Shown here: positions 39,578 to 50,143 of the stretch, one piece after another
Position numbering within the stretch: the first letter of the stretch is position 1
Layout: every line of letters starts with the position of its first letter
Origin: Marsupella aquatica
Taxonomy: Eukaryota; Plantae; Marchantiophyta
NCBI GenBank assembly: GCA_973895155.1
Contig: OZ316898.1
Coordinates: forward strand, 15,778,330-15,842,329
DNA length: 64,000 bases
Direction of reading: 5' to 3'
Notes under the pieces: model-generated
The model's database searches: none
Told to the model about the DNA's origin: nothing
Seen by the model: the letters and a program-made list of their open reading frames with translations, nothing else
Program-made: the position numbers and the translations under genes

Positions 39578-42250
39578 TGTGATGCCTAGCCAGGAATCAC
39601 TCGGCCAGTTAAGTGGGTAAAGCAGGAGTGCACCCTAGAAACACCTTAGTATAGGGACAAAACAAGGAAAATATAAACAATTAGGGGCGACTATGGAACC
39701 CGAGCCAAGGCCGGAGGTAAGGATGCTGGGGGTGAAAACAAGATTAGGGTTAGGGCGCGCTAAGCATCGGCGGCTAGGAAGGATCAACGGGAGAAAGGAC
39801 CGGAAGAGGAGAGGGGTAAGGAGCGCTTGCAGGAGATGGTGGCTCATTTGCGAGCGCAAACTAGGCAGACGACTACGGGAGGCCAACTACTGTCAGCTGC
39901 TTAGGCAAGCACTCGGGGAGAGAGTAGATACCGACGATCGACCTAAGGAGGGTATGAGCAACGTCAATCAAGCGGCACATTTCTGGGGATGCCTGTTCGA
40001 ATGGGCAACTGAGTACATCAAGACTTACGAGGACGAAGAATCAGAAAGGGCAGCTCGAGAACGACAGGAGCTCGCTCGATTGTGGGAGCTGCAGAAGACG
40101 GCTTTCTTAGGAGGCAAACTCATCAAGGCTGAGTTCTTGTGGACTCCTACTTCCAATCAGCTCGACGATCTTCTGTTTTGCGAAGACAGAATCATCGGCA
40201 TTCGAGAGGCCATCAAGAACTGCAACGACATACACTGGGAATTGAAGGGTAGCACGGAAAGGTGGACCCAGGCAACGGTGCTAGGAGAAACCTCCACGGC
40301 AGCTGAGATGAAGAGGAAGGGAGCCGTCAATGATGAAGCCACCCCGGCAAAAAGAACGAGGTCGGCGGCACCAAAGAAGCCAGCCGAGCAGCAGAGCAGG
40401 AGGCAGGGAGAAGCCGAAGAGGTCGATCCCATCAATGCCATTCCAACCAGGGATGACACCTGGAAAGGTTGGGCGGCAACCCTACCAGCGGAGGTGCAAC
40501 TACATTTTGCACGGGAGGAGGATGCATGCTTTACAGCCATGCAGACCAAGAAGTACCAAGGCTTCATGGCCGGATCCGGCTTAGAGGCCTTTGTAAGATT
40601 ACCATGGCTGAAGCTGGAGGTACCGGATTCAAACCTATTAGAATTCGTGGGGTCATGGGAACCCGAGACCAATTGCACGAGGATATATGGGAAGGATTTC
40701 TATCTTTCCCAAGGTGATTGCCGAAGTGTTTGGCTTGCCGATAGGCAATAAGACCAAAGTTGATACCAGGAAGACCTTGCCTGACAAGGAGTTCCGGTCG
40801 TTCCCCGGGCCATCAACGAAGAATGGCTTCTTCCGGAACACCTGCACCAACCCGCACATAGGAGAGATGATCGACTTCTTGCGGGTGACCATGCATTGTA
40901 ACTTGCCGAGGGCAGAGATCGGCAAGGCACAGGTCTATCTGGCAGAGAGGCCAGACCCAAGCCGGGACTACAATGGGTACCTCCTCAACCAATTGAAGAA
41001 GATCTTAAAGGAGGAGCAGCAGGTAATCGGCATGGGGAGCGTGTCGCGGCTTGGCTATCACATGCCGCTGTTGTGCCGGTATGCCAGAGGTCAGACCTTT
41101 GCCCCAGTACTTCCCCTACAGGTAAGGGCACCCGAGGAAGCTCCAGCACCGAGGCCGGTAGCAGAGAAGCCTCAACCACCTGACAGTCCTACAATCGAGC
41201 AGGTGTTCAAGCCAAGGAAGGAAGACTTGCCGATGCAGCAACCAAGCATACAGAATCTGCTGAAAATGCTGGAGAAGGAAAAGACGGCACTGGACCCGGC
41301 TTCGGCAGCAGCACCAATACAGGACACTGCCCCAGAGGTCAACCTAAGCAGAATCAGGCCAGAATCCAAGCCGGGTGTTCGAATGTACGTGGGAGTCTCA
41401 AGCTCTGAATCTGAGGCATAATTGCCTGAAGCTCCTACCGACGAAGAGAGGGAGAAGCCGGAAGTCCAAGAAGTAGAGGAGGCAGTGGAGGACTGCAGCC
41501 ATGATAACTCCGGCTATGGGTCGGACCATCACGTTCCAGGAGTAAGGACCTGTGGCCGGTTTATCCCCACACTTCCAAGGGTAGTACGAGGGGACCCCAA
41601 CCAGCAGAGTAGCCCTGAGTCTCCCCCACCAGATGTTGGTCCCCCGAGCTTTGACGGCATAAAACAGACGGCACAGGAATTTCAGGAGCGAATCAGGCAG
41701 GAAGAGGAGGCAGCCCTGGCTAGGGAAAAGGATTTGCCAGGAGGAGATTGGCCGGAGGACATCAGACGACTAGCCGAAAAAGGAAGCAAACCTCTAGCCA
41801 CGATTGAAGAGATCTGCAAGACGGCTTGGGAGCAGAGGCCGCGATGGGCGATGCCGATCACTTCTACTTATTCCACCTACGCTAAGAATAGAGCCATGGA
41901 GTATGGTGAGATGTGTGGGGAACTTGCGCTTGGCATCTTTGGGGAGGAGTTGGAGGTAGGACCCTTTTTCCATAGGGAGCAGTTGGAGAAGCACCAATTA
42001 GAAGAAGCGGTGGCTTTAGAGAGAAGCAAGAAGGACGAGGTCATCCGGTGGCTTAGGAGGATGGAAGCCGAGATTGAAGATCTAAGGGCGGCCAAGAAAG
42101 CCCAAGATGAACTACGGATTAAGCGGCATGAGCTGAACATCATGCAGGGGCAGTTGGACAAAGCGCAGGCTGATAATCAGATTATCAAGGATAAACTGAC
42201 TCAGACCCAGGGAGAATTGGCCGACGCAATCAAGGACAGAGAATTATACT
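39578..42250 (+). mobile_element. Second, 3'-truncated copy of the 25045-32188 element, with ORFs 39693-40751, 40687-41421 and 41422-42264
   Basis: Starts TGTGATGCCTAGCCAGGAATCA, as on the minus strand at 32188. The proteins are clearly homologous. Confidence 0.8.
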
Positions 42251-43722
42251 GTCGACAACCATGACCAGGCGCAGATGGAGTGAAGGACGATAGATAGAGC
42301 AGAGGACCACAAAGAAAGAAGGCATACTTGACGTTTAGAGAGCACGAAGGGAACGCCTGCAGCTGACGAACAAATCTCGCAACAAAGAACTTCAAAACTT
42401 CGAGAAAACGTCGAGAACATACCGCTAAGTGCAAACCCTCCTTAATTGAAAAATCCGTCAAATAGATTTGCGTATACAAAGAACAATGTGCACTGAACCA
42501 GGGAAACACACATACTAAGAACGGGGACGAAATGGCATTAAAATGAAAGATATCTATTGGGAATATTACCATATAAGAATTGCCATTCACAAATTCAGGG
42601 GGAGAATTGTTTTTCCCAACGTGCCTACTGCACTTAAAAGTTAAGCTCCGTGCCTACTACACATGGAAACCAATGAGTGCCTACTGCACATGGAAGTAAA
42701 TGACAAATTGAGGGGGAGACCTCAAGTAAGACTTGACATCAAGCAATGTAACCCATGGGATGTGCCTATTGCACAAGTGCCTTTCGCACCAACGAATACC
42801 TAAAAATGGAACTCTATTCCATGCATATGGCAAATCATGAAATCTAAGGAATTTTTATAAATGATTGAACATGGTGTTAACACAATCACTTACCAATACT
42901 TGATGAGGTATACTGGATATTAAAGTACCATATGATAATATGAGGTACAGTACCAGGTCATAAGGTACCATAAGGTGAGACATGGCATGGTAAGGCACCA
43001 TAAGAGATGGTGCGCCATACCCCAATATGATAACCCTATGTTGTGGATATGGTACGTGATGTGGTGCAAATAGGTTATACCCACACCAAATCTAGGGTTG
43101 GACACCCAATCCAATTCCAAGGCCATGGATTACACCATCTCATCTTCATTTTGTACTAATACTTTGCTTTGTCATGGCATGTAATCGGTGACCATCAAGG
43201 AATCTCCATTTCCAGATTGGAAGATCTTCAACAAGCCTATAGTGCTGACAAGCACCTTAAGAGACTTTGTAGAAATTACACATACACTATATGCTTAAAC
43301 CCAATTATGTTACACCCATGGGGATGGTAATACTCTTTCCTCCCACAAAGAAAGTAGGGGAGGTTTTAATGAGGTTACATCCCCCACTTACACTTTACCA
43401 TACAACATGAATTATAAGACATCTATTAGGAGAAGCTTTTCATTTATAGTAGACTTGAGATGGCTACACCATTCATAAAATAGGCTAGACATCAACAAAA
43501 CCTATTGTATGTACCATTGAGTATACCCAAAATAGACTCTTGATTGTAACATTTCAACCCCAATGTTACAAAGGGGGAGTGTTGTAACTCATACTTGAGT
43601 TAAGTCTACCTTTGGGATAACTACCTATGTAACTACCCTAACTACTTAGGCCGTAGCCACATGTACATATCCTACCAAGAGTAAAGATGGAACCAACTCT
43701 TTGTCTCGTTTATCCTACAACA
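42250..43722 (+). mobile_element. 3' remnant of a Bianca-like copia element (3' UTR, PPT and 143-bp LTR 43580-43722)
   Basis: PPT AAAGGGGGAG, then TGTTGTA...TACAACA. The upstream block TACTCTTTCC...GGTTTTAATGAGGTTACAT resembles 54975-55020 of the intact copia. Confidence 0.65.
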
Positions 43723-43829
43723 GTTTCCGTGTTGTTCTTTTATTTATCAGTTTGGTGGTTTTGTTTTCTATTCTTGTACTTTCAAATGGAGATTTTGAGA
43801 CCTTTTTTTAAGATCACTGTTCACGACCA

Positions 43830-43924
43830 TCCAAACACTGTTCACTGGTAACAGCTCCTTTTAACTGGTACCAGAATCTGTTTCTTGTTACTGTTATCTG
43901 TTTGCTGTTGTTTGTAAATTCCCC
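43830..43924 (-). repeat. Orphan MULE-family terminus
   Basis: Reverse complement GGGGAATTTACAAACAACAGCAAACAGATAACAGTAACAAG..., homologous to 1477 and 34031. Confidence 0.75.
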
Positions 43925-46900
43925 GCAGGATTCGGGTTCATAGTTACTAGCGCCTGGCGCTACCTCTAAGTGTAAACAACTCTTGGGTGAGGACTATGAA
44001 TGCCAATAATAATAGCGCCTTGCGCTACCTCTGGGTGCAAACATTCTTGGGTGAGGAGTACGAAGGCAATTAATAATAGCGCCTGGCGCTACCTATTTCA
44101 ATGGACTTGAAAACATTCAATGGAAGGATAAGTACGATAACGCGATACAGTATGAGTCATTAAGTTGGCATGCTTGAAGATCTCCACTGGATCTTCGCGA
44201 ATCCGATCTGCCCGGGTCCAAATGTGTCAGAGAGGAAGCGTCCACGAAAGTTATATCAGAGGGTCCTCTTCGAAGTGGGTACCCAGGACCAAGTGCGAAC
44301 TCTCCTTATATCTAGTCGTTCTCCTCCGATGTCCTCATTGTCAAGCCATTCTTCACTGAGTCGCAGTTGTGGCTCATCTTTTGGGCACGTGGTTCCCGTT
44401 CTCGCTTTCGGGCCCAGTTGTTCTTTTTGGCTTTTGTGCGCATTCTTGTTCTCCTTCTCATCCTCGTTTCTCATTCTTGTCCTAGTTCATGCTGTTGTCC
44501 TCCTTCACGTTCTTGTTTGCGCTTCTTGTTCTCGTCCTCATCCTCACTTTCAATGGCACCTCCACGAGGGAAGGCAAAGGAGGAGGCACTTGTCCCGAGC
44601 GACACCGACCGGGAGACCCCCGCATCAAATAGCTTACCGCCTCGGCCAAATGCCGAGAGGACGACGGTTCCAATCTCGAAGAAGGGGAAACTCATCTCAA
44701 AGACGAAGAATGCCCCACCTGTGGGCCGCAGCGAAGGATCCAGTCGGCCAAATGCGAGCGGCCCAACTTCTGTTCCCGCTAGGGATATCGCCCCTACTTC
44801 AGTCGGCCGTCCAAGAGCTGACACTATCTGCACGGGGGTCTCCGAGCCTTCTTCATCCACTGAGAGTGATCGTTCTTCGAGTGGGGACTCATCACCGAGC
44901 AGGCGAGGATTTGCGTGGTATGGATCGAGCGACTCGAATGACGACTCTGATGCAAACAAGCCAAGTTGGTGGGAAGACTGATTTCCCGTTGTCAGAGCGT
45001 ATCGTTTGAGTTCTGGAGAAACTTGGAGGATCCATCGAGGTTGATAGGATCTGTTTCCACTCATTTTTTTCCGATAGAAAACCCATACCGTTCCTTCCTC
45101 GTATGCCGGATTTCTAGTGTACTGTAACATTTTGTATATGAACGGCACAGCCGTTCGTTTTTACCTCGGTGTCAATGGTTTTGAATTCAGAAGACCAAGC
45201 TTTAATTTCCGGTTCTACTCCCGTGTTTGCATTGTATTTTTGAATGCGAACCTGATCTATTTCTTTGAAATGGCCATAAACACTCGTTTGCTGTCAATGT
45301 TTTTACTAGCGTTCGGCGCTATTATGAGAAACAAAGTGTCCGTAACACTGTCGTGACATGTCTTATCTTTAAAGTGTTTTTGATAGCGTTGGGCGCTATG
45401 AATGAAAGGAATCACAAGTCAGACCCGTTCGGAGTTATTTTTACTTTTATTTCAACAAATTCTGTTCAATTGATGTGCATTTTATAATTCATTGGAATAT
45501 TCGTTGAATGAATGGGTTCATGTGGTCATGTTTGTTGTCATTGGACTCCGATTTCATCATTTATTTGAATACTAGCGTCAAGCGCTACTAAAGTTGGCTT
45601 GTCGACACCTGCACAAAATTGGAAAATTTATAGACAATTGTGTTGATAGTACTGCCCGTAGCTACATTAAGACGGTTTTTCAGATACATTTGAAAGTATG
45701 ATGTATAATAGCGCCTGGCGCTATCCACACTACCGACACTGATGTGGTTCCAATGGTCACTTTCCAACGGTAATATTATAGTAGACTGAGGTTCATGGAA
45801 CCCTTTTTGCTTTTGTCTAGGATGAAAGTCCAATCGGAGAATGCCATCTGTACTTGGGACCGTTGTAATCGAATGGCTGGTTCCATTGTATCGGTGTCTT
45901 AATACGAGGTGGACATCGCTCGTTTGGGATAATTTAGTCTGTCTACGCGCTCAGACCTCGGACTGTACAAGTTTGTCAAGTGCGTATGTGCATCCTTTAT
46001 TGGTCCTGTACATTTTGAGACGTGATCGTCACAAGAATTGCACGGCGCGTACGACAGTGCCGGGTGGTCGAGTCGCTCTCCATGGCAACTTTTGGCTGGG
46101 TGATACGAGAATGGGGGAGGCTGATGGTGGTCATTCTGAGTCCTCTCAGTCTTCATTCGCTGGTTCAGTATACACCCGTCGCGTCACTCGATCGACTGCA
46201 TCCCTGTCGACTTCCGAAGCTGAATCTGCACAGCCCTTCCCGAGGTTGAGGAGAGGGAGAATGGACCCTAAGGACGTCTCCATGGGTGAAGTTAGTGACA
46301 TAGGCTTATCGATGGACGAGGTAATATCAAAGCACGCATTGTCGTTCGGGAAGGATTTTCGAGGATTTGATAAGGAGCCACCTCAAATTCCTCTTTGTAG
46401 ATTGCTCCCCATGGAGGTTGTTTGAACCTTACAGAAAGAAAGTGCATCGATCGAGAAGTTGAAAGAATCATTCCGTGTCACCGGGTACAACTCGCGCATT
46501 GGGATGCCTTTCTACGTTCAGCCTGTGAATGCCGATGGGGTTTCTCAGATATGCACCAGCGAGATCCGGAACTCTTGGGATCCAATCTGGGTCGTAGAGA
46601 ATGACAAGTTTGAGGAAGAGTGTGATGCGGACCCAGCGTTCCATATTCTAAAAGATAAAATGTTTTGTGTGTTTGACGGAAATCATCGATTGTACTCGTG
46701 GTCAATCGTCACCAGGGAGAATCCAGACAACTTGAAGTATCATCCTCGTGTGATTTGTGTTATTTTCAATGGTGACAGAGGTTTGCTAGTTGAGCTCGAG
46801 GCGGCAATGCACACCGTGAACCAGTAAGTTCTATTCGTTAACTGTTGTTACCCCTGTCATTCATTTTGGACCAAACATGCTTTGCAAAAGTGTTCATTCC

Positions 46901-49410
46901 CCAATTTTTGCTAGCGCCCGAAGCTACTAATTCCTTTTCATTGCATCCAGGCTTGGACAAGCAGTCGTCGAGCCTTCCTGGATTCTTGACGCGAACAGAA
47001 TTTCCCAAATTTTGTCGCGTGATCTTGATCACTATAAGCCACTCATTGACAGCGCGAACATGGCAAAGTTTGAGGCAATCCAAAAGAAGACGAGAAAGGG
47101 GTCTTGGTTTACACATAAAATGCCACAGGATGCTCTCATCTACATTCTGTGTGTGGACAAAATCAAGTCTTACTCAAATCAATTTAAGTCTGATATGGCT
47201 TTAGCCAAAGCTCAAGGGGCTTCTTGGTCAGAAGAGGAGACCACAAAGAGGCATGAGGCAATGATGAAGGAGGCGACCAAAGATTGGTCGATCAAAGTGA
47301 CGAAGATCACCCCTTTACTTCATCCGGATTTTGGAGATTATTTGGGAACCTGTGCTGAGATGTATCCCGTAACTGAGAAGAACAAACGGGAGAAGAAGCC
47401 AGACATAGTTGTATGCACAATGGATCGAGCCAGGTTGTTTACTGCTGTTTCATACCTGGATCCAAAATTGAGGTGCACCCTTCTAGTAGCCCACTGCACT
47501 CTCAAGATTCGGAAATAGTTTTTCCATCCTGCAAGTGTCAACGACAAGCCTGTGAAGCAGTGGTGCCATACATGGCATACTTGGAATTCTGTGGAGGGAA
47601 TTGCAACTGGAATGCTTCACACTTCCTTCAAACAGATTTCTGACCGGATGTCGGCTGACCGTCTCACAAAGTCTAGGTGTGAGTCAATGGAGGCCATGCT
47701 TAAGATCATTCTCGATGAATTCAGAAACTTTGGGGATCTTGTCAAGGCAAAATTCTTCAACAACTTGTGGCCTTCCAAATATGCGGACAAGGAAGATTAC
47801 ATAGAGCGGAACCGGAAGAGAGCCAAACGATATCTATACCGGTTTTACATGTGGATGGAGCTTAGATCTCTTGACACTCTATGGGCATACCCGGCTGCAT
47901 TTCAGAAATGGGTGTCTATCGAAGAGGGAGACGCTCTTGCCGACCTTTATTCGATGTACCCAGCGGAGGGAAAGTTTCCACCACGTTCATTGTCGGAGTG
48001 GGAGAGACTTCACTGTCCGTGGTACCTCGACACAGACAAATGGGATTTACCGTTCGACAAAGCTGAGAAGGATGCCTTCATGAAGTTGCAAAAGTCCCAG
48101 ATCCCTGCCAACTATGTGTCTGCAATGAAGCAAGGTCTCCAGTCTGATGTTGACGAATCTGCATCTGAGTTACAGAAGAATTGTGAGTCTCTTGTCATGC
48201 ACATTGACCGAAGCCGTAAGCCAAGAGCAAAGGCAAAGAATGAGTCAGCTGCACCAAGTGACTCCACAAGGTCCTTCAAGAAAAGTGAGTAGTCTAAGCG
48301 CTTTTTGGTTACTTGTTGGCGTTGCTTATGCAGGAGTTTCATTTGGAAATTCCTTTGATTAATAGCACCTGGCGCTAGTCTGAAAGGTTGGACTCATTCA
48401 AGTTTTTGTGCCTAACAGGAGGTCGAAAGTCTGACACGGAGGTCCCGGCTGCCAAAGGGAAGAATGATGCAACTCCTCAGGCATCGGAGGCAAACACTGG
48501 AGCTCAAGAAACCCCGGATCAAGGGACCCCGGATGGTGCTGGAAAATCCATTGTCCCTGTTGACGCAACTAGCACGAAGAAAAAGAAAAAGAGAGGCGCC
48601 GGTGAGGACAGAGCAGCATCATCTACTCGAGACATTATTTCCTGTGGACTCCAGAGAGATGTCGGGAATTTTAAGCGAAGGTGTTCTAGACACTATTTTG
48701 TGGAGTCCAATTTAAACTAATTTTACGATTCGGTATTTAACAAGGGGATGAAGCCCATGTGGGTTACTAAAGTTGAGGCCTGGGGAAAGGAATTGGTAAA
48801 GTCAGGAGACAGAGAGAAGGGAGTAATGCGTGGCGGAAAAGAGAGGGGCTTTGGTGTGGATGTTGGTTTCATCTACATTCCCACTGGATTAAAACCAACA
48901 CTTCTTGATCGGAAGGTTCCCAAGTGGAACCTTCAGGATTACACTATTCCCAACTCTTTCTTCCGAGCCATGGAGCTGTTCCTTGCAGACGATGGCCTAC
49001 TTGCAATTTTACACAGAGGAGACTATGATCAGGTATCTGAAGTGATTGCGGCTTGCCAGGATTCTAAGTGTTTCTAGTGTATTTCAACCCACCATGTGGT
49101 CATGACTACACCAATGTATAGGCCCCGATCTGATACTCAGGTAACAATTCCTCTTGCACATACTAGCGCCCAACGCTACTATCAGCATTCGCAATATCTA
49201 CAATTCACTTATCTTTCGTAAGGATGAATGGTTGACTAGCGCCAAGCGCTAATATATGTGTCTATTTTCTTATACTGCCTTCATTGGGAAACTGTGTTGC
49301 AGATATTCACACTTACTCTTAATATATTTTGCCGCATTTTGACAAAGGGGAAGGGTCCCGAAAGACCCCAAGTTCCGGCCACTATCGAATGCAGAAGACC
49401 CTTTCGTCAC

Positions 49411-49597
49411 TGTTATGAATACACAAGATGATAGTAGTCAATAATCCCCACTCACTTCCATTATGCCAAGGACTTATATAGTCCAGAAGGGTTAACATGG
49501 TTGGGTTAATGTTAACCTATCCTATACTATATAAGTCCTTGGCATAATGGAAGTGAGTGGGGATTATTGACTACTATCATCTTGTGTATTCATAACA
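49411..49597. repeat. Aberrant fold-back 5' LTR (72-bp perfect arms, 43-nt loop)
   Basis: 49411-49529 is the reverse complement of 55125-55243; 49526-49597 is a direct copy of 55172-55243. Confidence 0.95.
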
Positions 49598-49612
49598 CGT
49601 TATCAGCGCGAC
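49598..49612 (+). promoter_or_regulatory. Primer-binding site complementary to the anticodon arm of tRNA-Ile (half-tRNA priming)
   Basis: CGTTATCAGCGCGAC pairs with recalled plant tRNA-Ile GTCGTGCT(I)ATAACG with one G-U pair. It lacks the TGG of canonical PBSs. Confidence 0.7.
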
Positions 49613-50143
49613 TTGCTCAATTACATTTTTTTTACATGTGCTCCCTCCCCAAAATCTGACAACTCAATAGATCGAGGTCCACACAAAGAAAACAACACAA
49701 TGTTGTGTGTTTTTTGCTCTAATGGCGAGAATAACCGCCTAACTACCTCCCAAGAATAGAGAAAACAAGCTTATGATCGAAGAACAAAGAACTGGCCATA
49801 GAGCGTCGAGCCTAATCACGAGCGAAGATTCTCAACCTTGAACGAAGGAGACAACGCGACGAGACGCGAAAAACAAAATAAAAGACATTGGCGAAAAGTG
49901 AAAACTTTGAGGACCGCACACAAGGACATACGAACGAACTCCATCGGGGACAATTTGGATGCGATTCAAGGGGCAGATGAGTCCCGTGCCTTGAGCGAAA
50001 GGATCGCAATCGTTTCTCTTTCTTTTGGTTAACTTGATCCATCACAACAGCCGATCGATCGGGCGGGACAAGGCAAAAGTCATAGGCATTTGATACAAAG
50101 GAACACCATATATTTATAAGGCCCAAAATCAGGCGAAATAGAC

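Noticed and set aside
43940-44100. Regularly spaced palindromic repeats resembling a CRISPR array
   Set aside because: The spacers are copies of each other, there are only three units, there are no cas genes, and the context is eukaryotic.
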